Below are positions 7,759 to 15,313 of a stretch of 27,538 nt of DNA, in pieces. The position numbers and the translations under genes were made by a program. Under the pieces are notes generated by a model, which was given only the letters and a program-made list of their open reading frames with translations, was not told the origin of the DNA and searched no databases. Position 1 is the first letter of the stretch, and the number at the start of each line of letters is the position of its first letter. Where the stretch lies: positions 1 to 27,538 of the IMG/VR virus record IMGVR_UViG_3300033076_000606; one strand, 5' to 3'. This DNA comes from a virus (Duplodnaviria; Caudoviricetes).

Positions 7759-8682
7759 ATGGCCTTTGAGAAAGAAGAATACAAATTTCCCGACGAAGTT
7801 GACGACAACTTTGAAGTTGTTATTGAGGACGATACACCCCCAGAAGATCGAAACAGGGAGCCAATGCCAGCGCACATTGTTGATGAGCTGGAAAAAGATG
7901 AGCTGGACAATTACGATGAAGGCGTCAAGCAGAAGCTGAAACAGCTTAAGAAGGTATGGCATGATGAGCGCAGAGCTAAAGAACAAGCCTTGCGTGAGCA
8001 GCATGAAGCCTTTGAATTGGCTAAGAAGCTGTACGAAGAAAACAAACACATCAAGTCAGCTTACAACACAGGCGAGCAGGAATATATCTCTACAGCAGTC
8101 CAAGCGGCTCAGTATGAGGTCGAAGCTGCCAAGCGTGTGTATAAGGAAGCCTATGAGGCTGGCGATCCAGATGCGGTTGTAGAAGCGCAGAATGCAATGC
8201 AGTTGGCTAACCTGAAATTGCTGAAAGCAAAAGGTTTGAAACCAAACCCTTTACAAACTGATGAAAATGTAGTACAACATATACAAGGGTACGCACAGCA
8301 ACAGGCGCGGCAAGCAGCTGCTCCCACACCAGATGACAAGGCATTAGCGTGGCAAGAACGCAATAAATGGTTTGGTCAGGATGAGGAGATGACAGCAGCA
8401 GCCCTAGGCTTACACGAAAAGCTTAGAAACAACGGCGTTGAAGTGGGTTCCGATGAGTATTATGACGCACTGGACAAAACAATGCGTAAGCGGTTCAGCG
8501 AGTTTTTTGAAGAGCCTAAACAATCTAAACCAAAAACTGTAGTAGCTCCAGCCGTTAGGAGCACAGCATCTAACAAGATCAAGCTGTCACCTACGCAAGT
8601 TCTAATCGCCAAAAAATTAGGATTGTCCCCTGAAGTATACGCAAAAGAAGTTTTAAAATTGGAGAGATCACATGGCCGATAA
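7759..8682 (+). CDS. Probable capsid scaffolding protein
   Basis: Acidic N-terminus, long coiled coil, C-terminal helix-turn-helix (IAKKLGLSPEVYAK); lies upstream of the capsid genes; SD AGGAG. Confidence 0.7.
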   Translation: MAFEKEEYKFPDEVDDNFEVVIEDDTPPEDRNREPMPAHIVDELEKDELDNYDEGVKQKLKQLKKVWHDERRAKEQALREQHEAFELAKKLYEENKHIKSAYNTGEQEYISTAVQAAQYEVEAAKRVYKEAYEAGDPDAVVEAQNAMQLANLKLLKAKGLKPNPLQTDENVVQHIQGYAQQQARQAAAPTPDDKALAWQERNKWFGQDEEMTAAALGLHEKLRNNGVEVGSDEYYDALDKTMRKRFSEFFEEPKQSKPKTVVAPAVRSTASNKIKLSPTQVLIAKKLGLSPEVYAKEVLKLERSHGR

Positions 8683-9121
8683 TACACGCACAACCCGCGA
8701 ACTAGAAACCAGAGTAATGAATGAGCGTCCTAAACAGTGGCGCCCACCTGAGTTACTTCCAGAGCCAGACAAACAGGCAGGTTTCGCTTATAGATGGATT
8801 CGAGTAGCAACAATGAACAATGCTGACCCACGTAACATCTCTTCCAAATTGAGAGAAGGCTGGGAGCCTGTCAAGATTACCGAACAACCAAAATTCCAAC
8901 TGTTAGTCGATCCAACAAGTCGTTTTAAAGACAACATTGAAGTCGGCGGATTGTTATTGTGCAAGTGTCCTGAAAGCATGGTAGACGAGCGTAACACCTA
9001 TTACACGAATCTGACCGAGCAACAGACCGCTGCAGTTGACAATTCTTTAATGCGTGAAAGCGATCCTAGAATGCCCCTGTTTAAAGAAAGTAAGTCTAGG
9101 GTTTCATTTGGTAAAGGTTAA
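8672..9121 (+). CDS. Hypothetical head-module protein
   Basis: 149 aa, overlaps the scaffold stop, SD GGAG; motifs YRWIR and LREGWEPV. Confidence 0.8.
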   Translation: MADNTRTTRELETRVMNERPKQWRPPELLPEPDKQAGFAYRWIRVATMNNADPRNISSKLREGWEPVKITEQPKFQLLVDPTSRFKDNIEVGGLLLCKCPESMVDERNTYYTNLTEQQTAAVDNSLMRESDPRMPLFKESKSRVSFGKG

Positions 9122-9136
9122 CTTTAGGAGTTAAAA

Positions 9137-9952
9137 ATGGCTTATCCTGTTGTTTCAGGCCCTTATGGGTTTAAGCCCGTAAATTTGATTGGTGGTCAAG
9201 TCTTCTCTGGCTCGACCCGTAGCTATCCTATCCCTTACGGCTACTCAACCAGCATTTTCTACGGCGACTTCGTACAGCTGTCCAGTGGCTACGTCAATAT
9301 CTTGGCTAACACCATTACTGGTAACGCAGCTGTTGGTGTTTTCCTGGGCTGCAGTTTCACTGATCCAGTAACCAAACAAAAACGTTTCAGCCAATACTGG
9401 CCTGCGTCTACTTTGGCTGGTGATGCTGTTGCTGTTATTTGTGACGATCCAGATACAATCTTTAAAGCGGCTGTTGTCACCGCAGCAGGTACTGCCACCA
9501 TCGCTTCTGCCTCTTCTTTGTTGGTAGGTCAGAACATGGCGGGTAATACCTCTACGGGCTCTACCGCTACTGGTAACTCTGCTGGTGGTGTTGTTGCTGC
9601 ATCTACCTCAACAGGTAACTTCCGTGTCTTGGCTCTGGTTCCAGAGACCCAAATCACCTACGGCGCTACTTATGTGTCTGGTACTGGTACAACTACTCTG
9701 ACTGTTTCTGGTTTGACTGTTGGTCAGGTTATTCCTGTGGGTACTGATGTCTTCCAAAACATCAACGGCCAATTGCAGTTTACTGGTTCTACTGTGTCCA
9801 CTGCGGCTACGGTATCTTCAGCAACTTCACAAGCCCTGACTGTAGTAGCATCAACTGCCACTATTTCATCCTCTAACCCGTTGTTGTTTGTGCAAACCCA
9901 AGAAGTGTATGCGAAAGTCACTTTTGGCGCTCACAGATACTATGTCGCCTAA
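9137..9952 (+). CDS. Probable capsid decoration/minor capsid protein
   Basis: Beta-rich G/T/S/A protein immediately upstream of the capsid gene; strong SD AGGAG; same high-expression codon bias (GCT, GGT, ACT) as the capsid gene. Confidence 0.7.
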   Translation: MAYPVVSGPYGFKPVNLIGGQVFSGSTRSYPIPYGYSTSIFYGDFVQLSSGYVNILANTITGNAAVGVFLGCSFTDPVTKQKRFSQYWPASTLAGDAVAVICDDPDTIFKAAVVTAAGTATIASASSLLVGQNMAGNTSTGSTATGNSAGGVVAASTSTGNFRVLALVPETQITYGATYVSGTGTTTLTVSGLTVGQVIPVGTDVFQNINGQLQFTGSTVSTAATVSSATSQALTVVASTATISSSNPLLFVQTQEVYAKVTFGAHRYYVA

Positions 9953-9964
9953 TAGGAGTTAATA

Positions 9965-10876
9965 ATGGCTATTTCTCGTGCACAGCTATTAAAAGAGTTG
10001 CTTCCTGGCTTGAACGCCTTGTTCGGTCTGGAATATGCTCGTTATGGTGAAGAACATAAAGAGATCTACGAAGTAGAAACCTCAGAGCGTTCTTTCGAAG
10101 AAGAAACAAAACTGGCTGGCTTCTCAGCCGCACCTGTCAAAAACGAGGGCTCTGCTATCGCGTATGACAACGGCCAAGAAGCTTGGACAGCTCGCTATAA
10201 CCACGAAACTATCGCTTTGGGCTTCTCGTTAACTCAAGAAGCTATTGAAGATAACTTGTATGACTCACTGTCTGCGCGTTATACCAAAGCATTGGCTCGT
10301 GCTATGGCTTACACCAAGCAGGTTAAAGCTGCTAACGTAATCAACAACGGTTTCAACTCAGCCTACCAAGGTGGTGATGGTGTTGCTCTGTTCTCTACTT
10401 CTCACCCTCTGGTGAACGGTGGCACTAACAGCAATACTCAATCTACCGCAGCTGACTTGAACGAAACTTCATTGGAATCTGCGATTATCCAAATCGCTGG
10501 CTGGACTGATGAACGTGGCTTGTTGATTGCAGCTAAACCTAAAAAACTTGTTATCCCACCTGCTCTGCAATTCGTAGCAACTCGTTTGTTGGAAACCGAA
10601 CTGCGTGTTGGCACTACCGATAACGATGTTAATGCCATCAAGAACAACGGTTCTATCCCTGGTGGATATACTGTTAACCACTTCTTGACTGACAGCAATG
10701 CTTGGTTCTTGCTGACTGACGTACCTAACGGTCTGAAACACTTTGTTCGTTCTCCATTGGAGAATTCTATGGATGGTGATTTTGACACAGGCAACGTTCG
10801 TTACAAGGCTCGCGAGCGGTACTCGTTCGGAGCAAGCGATCCTCTTGGCGTATTTGGATCCCCCGGCGCTTCTTAA
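9965..10876 (+). CDS. Major capsid protein (HK97 fold, Mu gpT-like family)
   Basis: 303 aa, MAISRAQLLKELLPGLNALFG start, PKKLVIPPAL, C-terminal YKARERYSFG; strong SD, biased codons, followed by a terminator. Confidence 0.92.
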   Translation: MAISRAQLLKELLPGLNALFGLEYARYGEEHKEIYEVETSERSFEEETKLAGFSAAPVKNEGSAIAYDNGQEAWTARYNHETIALGFSLTQEAIEDNLYDSLSARYTKALARAMAYTKQVKAANVINNGFNSAYQGGDGVALFSTSHPLVNGGTNSNTQSTAADLNETSLESAIIQIAGWTDERGLLIAAKPKKLVIPPALQFVATRLLETELRVGTTDNDVNAIKNNGSIPGGYTVNHFLTDSNAWFLLTDVPNGLKHFVRSPLENSMDGDFDTGNVRYKARERYSFGASDPLGVFGSPGAS

Positions 10877-10904
10877 GTAAAATCAATAGCTTAGCTATTA
10901 CTGG

Positions 10905-10930
10905 AAACCCGCTTCGGCGGGTTTTCTTTT
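10905..10930 (+). terminator. Intrinsic terminator after the capsid gene
   Basis: AAACCCGC-TTCG-GCGGGTTT followed by TCTTTT. Confidence 0.9.
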
Positions 10931-11004
10931 GCCTATGTAGTAGCAAACATTTTTTATGGTGTAGGCAATCAAAAATGGGTGTGGGTCTCATAGGCCTAAA
11001 CCAC

Positions 11005-11032
11005 TTGCAAAATCTCTTAAAACATGTAATAT
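11005..11032 (+). promoter_or_regulatory. Possible promoter TTGCAA-16-TAATAT
   Basis: Lies after the terminator; predicted start near 11039-11041, at the 5' edge of the structured RNA. Confidence 0.5.
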
Positions 11033-11040
11033 GCTAAACA

Positions 11041-11104
11041 AGTCTAGGTTTTTGTAGCGTCAACCCACCTAGGGGGCTAGCACAGATGGCGCTATGTAAG
11101 TGCA
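11041..11104 (+). ncRNA. Structured RNA with two hairpins and loop-loop pairing; candidate Mu-gpT-DE motif
   Basis: CTAGGT(11044-49)/ACCTAG(11067-72); GCAC(11080-83)/GTGC(11100-03); loops TAGCGTCA(11055-62)/TGGCGCTA(11087-94) pair over 8 bp with one G-U; downstream of a gpT-like capsid gene. Confidence 0.6.
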
Positions 11105-11116
11105 TTGGAGATTATC

Positions 11117-11644
11117 ATGCCTTTAGCTACTCGTCTTGGCCCTTGGCTCTTGGGTACTGTAAAAAACACCACTGGAACAACTGCTGGTACTATTCGTAAT
11201 ACTGGCCCTACTGTTGTCTCCCAAACTTTCAAAAAAGACTATACAGGTGCTGCGTTTGGCTCAGCAACTACCGATCAGATTGCTGTACTCCCTGCTGGTG
11301 CTCAGATTATCAATATCTACGTTGACACCCTGACTGCATTCACTGGCTCTACTGCAGCTAACTTGACCTTGGGCACTGCAGCATCTAACAATGCTTATTG
11401 GACTACCACTAACATTACTACTGCTGGCCGCGCTGCTACAACTAACGCTGTATTGAGCGCTTGGGCCGGTGCTGCGTCTACTGCTGCCCCTGCTGGCATT
11501 GGTGTAGGCTCAACTGATGTAATCATCAACGCTTACCTGACTCCTACTGTTGCCAACGTAACTGCTGGTACTGTTCAGTACACTATTGAATACGCGGTAA
11601 GAAACCCAGACGGTACTTCAGCGCCTACTGCAACCACTGCTTAA
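11117..11644 (+). CDS. Virion structural protein, Thr/Ala-rich (175 aa)
   Basis: ATG 11117 behind GGAG; capsid-like codon bias; followed by a terminator hairpin. Confidence 0.8.
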   Translation: MPLATRLGPWLLGTVKNTTGTTAGTIRNTGPTVVSQTFKKDYTGAAFGSATTDQIAVLPAGAQIINIYVDTLTAFTGSTAANLTLGTAASNNAYWTTTNITTAGRAATTNAVLSAWAGAASTAAPAGIGVGSTDVIINAYLTPTVANVTAGTVQYTIEYAVRNPDGTSAPTATTA

Positions 11645-11652
11645 TTTGACAT

Positions 11653-11675
11653 AGGGGGCTTCGGCCCCCTTCTTT
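11653..11675 (+). terminator. Intrinsic terminator
   Basis: AGGGGGC-TTCG-GCCCCCT followed by TCTTT. Confidence 0.8.
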
Positions 11676-11689
11676 GATAGGAGATAAAT

Positions 11690-11974
11690 ATGTCAATGCA
11701 AACAGATATTAAATCGGCAGCATGCGCAGCGGGCACGTCTACTACAGCGTTTAACGGTAGATCGCGTTTTCGCGGTATGGTTGTCAGTTATCCGGTAGCA
11801 GGCGGCACGGTATCCGTCACTGACGGTAATGGCGGGGCTACAATATTCTCGTTCACTTCACCAGCCGCAGCTGGCACGGTAAACATTATTCTCCCTGCTG
11901 AGGGCATCCTTGCGTATAACAGCATTTATGTAACATGCGCTGCCTCAACCACAGCTACTGTGTATTACAGCTAG
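11690..11974 (+). CDS. Small beta-rich structural protein
   Basis: 94 aa, SD AGGAG. Confidence 0.8.
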   Translation: MSMQTDIKSAACAAGTSTTAFNGRSRFRGMVVSYPVAGGTVSVTDGNGGATIFSFTSPAAAGTVNIILPAEGILAYNSIYVTCAASTTATVYYS

Positions 11975-11982
11975 GAGGTTAG

Positions 11983-12327
11983 GTGCCTAGCAAATCCAAA
12001 GCTCAACACAATCTGATGGCGATGGTTGCACATGACCCAAAAGCAGCTAAGCGATTAGGTATTCCACAAAACGTTGGTAAAGAGTTTACTCACGCAGATA
12101 AAGGCCGCAAATTTAGAGAGGGTGGTACTATGAAAGACGATAGCGCATATAAAGCAAAAGAACGTAAACATGTTGCTGCTATGAAAAAAGCAGGTGTGCC
12201 TAAGAACATTGTTCGTGAAGAAGAACAAGAAGCAGGCATGAAAAAAGGCGGCTGCTGCAAGATGAAGAAAGGTGGGTCTATCGACGGTATTGCACAACGT
12301 GGCAAAACCCGTGGCAAAGTCTGCTAA
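11983..12327 (+). CDS. Small basic protein with KFREGG, MKKGG x2 and DGIAQRGKT motifs
   Basis: GTG start behind AGGAGG; Lys-rich. Confidence 0.8.
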   Translation: MPSKSKAQHNLMAMVAHDPKAAKRLGIPQNVGKEFTHADKGRKFREGGTMKDDSAYKAKERKHVAAMKKAGVPKNIVREEEQEAGMKKGGCCKMKKGGSIDGIAQRGKTRGKVC

Positions 12328-12343
12328 GAAACCTGGGAAGGAT

Positions 12344-12469
12344 ATGATCGTCACTCGTACTAACACGGGTGACATCTTCCAGCACAGCAAAGACATCTTC
12401 AAAGAGAAGTCTGCGAAGAACCATTTGCAGAATGAACCGAAAGTCAAGAAGCTGAAACGGAAAAAGTGA
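12344..12469 (+). CDS. Possible small basic protein (41 aa; alternative GTG start at 12311)
   Basis: Fills the gap between genes; its TGA overlaps the next ATG; start uncertain. Confidence 0.45.
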   Translation: MIVTRTNTGDIFQHSKDIFKEKSAKNHLQNEPKVKKLKRKK

Positions 12470-12741
12470 TGGCTAAGAAGAACCCTGTACTATCTGTAGG
12501 TCGTGGTGAAAAGCTCCCAGTATCGCAAGGCGCTGGCTTAACTGCTAAGGGCCGCGCTAAATACAACAAAGCTACAGGGTCCAACCTGAAAGCTCCAGCA
12601 CCAAACCCAAAGACTGAGAAAGACGCAGCTCGACGTAAATCTTTCTGCGCAAGGATGAGTGGTATGCCGGGGCCGATGAAGGATGAAAAAGGCAGGCCGA
12701 CACGCAAAGCAGCATCATTAAAACGGTGGAATTGTAAATGA
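12469..12741 (+). CDS. Basic phage protein (GLTAKGR, RRKSFCARM motifs)
   Basis: 90 aa, overlaps both neighbours; function unknown. Confidence 0.8.
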   Translation: MAKKNPVLSVGRGEKLPVSQGAGLTAKGRAKYNKATGSNLKAPAPNPKTEKDAARRKSFCARMSGMPGPMKDEKGRPTRKAASLKRWNCK

Positions 12742-13460
12742 CAACATCAGGCGCCTCTACATTTAATCTTAACGTCCTTGATATTATTGAGGAAGCGTTT
12801 GAGCGTAACGGGAAAGAGGTGCGTACAGGTTATGATCTGAGAACTGCTAGACGGTCATTGAACCTACTGTTTACAGAATTAGCTAATAGGGGCATAAATC
12901 TTTGGACTATTGAAGAAGGGTCTATTCCTCTATATTCAGGCACATTTATCTATGATTTGCCTGTTGACACAGTTGATCTGTTAGATCAGGTCATTCGAAC
13001 AGGCACAGGCCAGAACCAGACTGACATTGCTATCACTCGCATATCAGGCTCAACATACTCTACTATCCCAAACAAGAACGCTACAGGCAGACCGATACAA
13101 GTCTGGGTACATCGTAGATCAGGTGCTACATATCCTGTTACAGGTGCTGCTGCACCTCAAGTTTATGTTTGGCCCTCCCCAGACCAAGGTACTATCTCTG
13201 TGCCTTACTATACATTAGTCTATTGGCGTCTTCGTCGTATGAATGACGCTGGTAATGGTGAGGATACACAAGACATACCTTTCCGCTACTTAAATGTGTT
13301 GATTGCTGGGCTGTCTTATTATTTAGCTATGAAGCTCCCTGATATTGACCCTGGTAGACGCGCTGAATTGCGCAATGACTATGAGTTCCAATTGGATCTA
13401 GCTAATCAAGAAGACAGAGAAAAAGCCGATGCTCGATTTGTCCCAAGGATTAACCCCTAA
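12738..13460 (+). CDS. Probable head-tail adaptor (P22 gp4/T7 gp11-like)
   Basis: N-terminal helices DIIEEAF...ARRSLNLL, beta-rich middle, C-terminal LIAGLSYYLA helix; position after the head genes. Confidence 0.65.
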   Translation: MTTSGASTFNLNVLDIIEEAFERNGKEVRTGYDLRTARRSLNLLFTELANRGINLWTIEEGSIPLYSGTFIYDLPVDTVDLLDQVIRTGTGQNQTDIAITRISGSTYSTIPNKNATGRPIQVWVHRRSGATYPVTGAAAPQVYVWPSPDQGTISVPYYTLVYWRLRRMNDAGNGEDTQDIPFRYLNVLIAGLSYYLAMKLPDIDPGRRAELRNDYEFQLDLANQEDREKADARFVPRINP

Positions 13461-13834
13461 TGGGCACTAAGTTTGCCAGTGCCAAATTTGCACATGGCTT
13501 TTGCGATAGGTGTGGTTTTCGAGCGCCGCTAAAAGAGCTGCGTCGGCTGGTCATAAAAACGCAATTGATAAACATCAAAGTTTGTAATGAGTGCTGGGAA
13601 GCAGATCACCCACAGCTTAAGTTAGGTATGTATCCTGTGTTTGATCCACAGGCACTGGAGAACCCCAGACCTGATACAAGCTATGTATCATCAGGCGTGA
13701 ATGCAGAGGGGAGTAGGATATTCCAATGGGGCTGGAACCCTGTTGGTGGGGCTTCCTCAATTGACAGCCCGTTAACGAAGAATGATTTAGTATGCCAATG
13801 TAAAGTTGGTAATGTAACAGTTACAGTAACCTAG
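13460..13834 (+). CDS. Zinc-finger-like hypothetical protein
   Basis: CDRC and CNEC pairs; TAATG overlap with the upstream gene. Confidence 0.75.
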   Translation: MGTKFASAKFAHGFCDRCGFRAPLKELRRLVIKTQLINIKVCNECWEADHPQLKLGMYPVFDPQALENPRPDTSYVSSGVNAEGSRIFQWGWNPVGGASSIDSPLTKNDLVCQCKVGNVTVTVT

Positions 13835-13842
13835 GAGGCCTT

Positions 13843-14037
13843 ATGGCAGCAAAAAATGTTAGAGCTGACGGTGTAGCACAGAAAGGCAGAACAGCTGCCA
13901 AAATTTTCCCAGCTGATGGCCCAAAGAAAAGCACAGATGGCGATGTTGCTAAAGGTGGCAAAGCTAAAACGGTGTCTAGCCAATCAATGAAAAAACTTGG
14001 CCGCAACATGGCCAGAGCAAAAAACCAAGGCGGTTAA
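13843..14037 (+). CDS. Small basic protein with DGVAQKGRT and VAKGG motifs
   Basis: 64 aa, SD AGGAGG. Confidence 0.8.
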   Translation: MAAKNVRADGVAQKGRTAAKIFPADGPKKSTDGDVAKGGKAKTVSSQSMKKLGRNMARAKNQGG

Positions 14038-14038
14038 T

Positions 14039-14200
14039 ATGGCAAAGCAAGCGAGCATTTACAAACAACCACAAGTCTACAAAGCAGACACAGGCAATAA
14101 TGGCTACGATAGCGTCCAAGTTACGAATAAAAAGAGCACTAAAATCAGAGGTACAGGTGCTGCTACAAAAGGTACGACAGCTAGTAGCAAAATGGGCTAA
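14039..14200 (+). CDS. Small basic protein (53 aa, RGTGAATKGT)
   Basis: ATG 14039 one base after the previous stop, in frame with ORF 13997..14200. Confidence 0.7.
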   Translation: MAKQASIYKQPQVYKADTGNNGYDSVQVTNKKSTKIRGTGAATKGTTASSKMG

Positions 14201-14225
14201 TTTCTTAGTTTTATTTGGGTAAGGT

Positions 14226-14876
14226 ATGAACTATTCAGAGCTTTGTACTCAGATTCAGAATTACACAGAGAATACGTTTTCTGCGATTGAATTGGCTATG
14301 TTTGTACAGCAGACGGAGGAGCGCATCTATAACACGGTGCAACTCCCTGCACTCCGTAAAAATGTCACGGGTACAACTACGACGAATAATAAGTATCTGA
14401 ATTGCCCAACGGACTTTTTATCTGTCTATTCAATGGCTGTAGTAGACGCTTCGGGTGACTACTCGTATCTTATTAACAAAGATGTGAACTACATTCGGGA
14501 AGCGTATCCCAGCGCGTCTACCACAGCAACACCTAAGTACTACTCTCTATTTGGTCCTAGGTCTGATATTGAATCAGAGTTGACATTTATCTTAGGCCCA
14601 ACACCCGACAACTTTTATACAGTCGAACTGCACTACTTTTACTATCCTGAATCTATTGTCACTGCCAGCACAACATGGCTTGGTGATAACTTTGAATCTG
14701 TGTTGTTGTATGGCGCATTAGTTGAAGCGTACTCATATATGAAAGGTGAGCAAGACATGATGGCTCTGTATCAGCAGCGTTATCAGGAAGCATTGGCCTT
14801 ATTGAAACAATTAGGTGATGGCAAAGATAGGCAGGACTCTTATAGAAGCGGTCAAGTTAGACAGGCGGTGGGCTAA
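14226..14876 (+). CDS. Second adaptor/tail tubular-like protein
   Basis: MNYSEL start, TPKYY, GPTPD, LLYGALVEA motifs resemble phage adaptor proteins. Confidence 0.6.
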   Translation: MNYSELCTQIQNYTENTFSAIELAMFVQQTEERIYNTVQLPALRKNVTGTTTTNNKYLNCPTDFLSVYSMAVVDASGDYSYLINKDVNYIREAYPSASTTATPKYYSLFGPRSDIESELTFILGPTPDNFYTVELHYFYYPESIVTASTTWLGDNFESVLLYGALVEAYSYMKGEQDMMALYQQRYQEALALLKQLGDGKDRQDSYRSGQVRQAVG

Positions 14877-15295
14877 TGTTTGTCCAATCTCAAACACTCT
14901 CATTTAAACAAGAATTGCCCCAGGCAGTGCACAATTTGCTGACGGACAACATTTACATAGCACTTTACACTTCTGTAGCTTCCTTAACTGCAGCTGTTAC
15001 GGCGTATACCTCCACAGGTGAGGTATCCGCTGCTGGGTACACTGCGGGGGGTAAGTTATTGACAAGCCCTCAATTGAGTGCCGACTCCAGCACAGGTGTT
15101 GTGTATGTGAGTTATGCATCTCCCTCTTGGACCGCTGCAATTACGGCGCGTGGGGCGTTGTTATATAATGCTTCGAAAAGTAATAAATCTGTAGCAGTGT
15201 TAGATTTTGGGGCAGATAAAACGTCAGTTTCCACATTTACTGTCACCATGCCAGCCCATACCTCTACGACAGCGTTACTTAGATTCTCTAACTAA
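14876..15295 (+). CDS. Virion structural protein (139 aa)
   Basis: IALYT, GYTAGG, ARGALLYN, VLDFG motifs; TAATG coupling. Confidence 0.75.
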   Translation: MFVQSQTLSFKQELPQAVHNLLTDNIYIALYTSVASLTAAVTAYTSTGEVSAAGYTAGGKLLTSPQLSADSSTGVVYVSYASPSWTAAITARGALLYNASKSNKSVAVLDFGADKTSVSTFTVTMPAHTSTTALLRFSN

Positions 15296-15313
15296 CAAAC
15301 AGGTGGCGTCAAC

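Noticed and set aside
8250-8278. Internal promoter TTTACA-17-TACAAC in the scaffold gene
   Set aside because: The -10 box lacks the conserved final T; too weak to call without TSS data
2767-10876. Intron, intein or homing endonuclease in terL, portal or capsid genes; capsid frameshift or readthrough
   Set aside because: ORFs are continuous with no intein or endonuclease motifs; the capsid stop is followed shortly by a terminator with no slippery site seen
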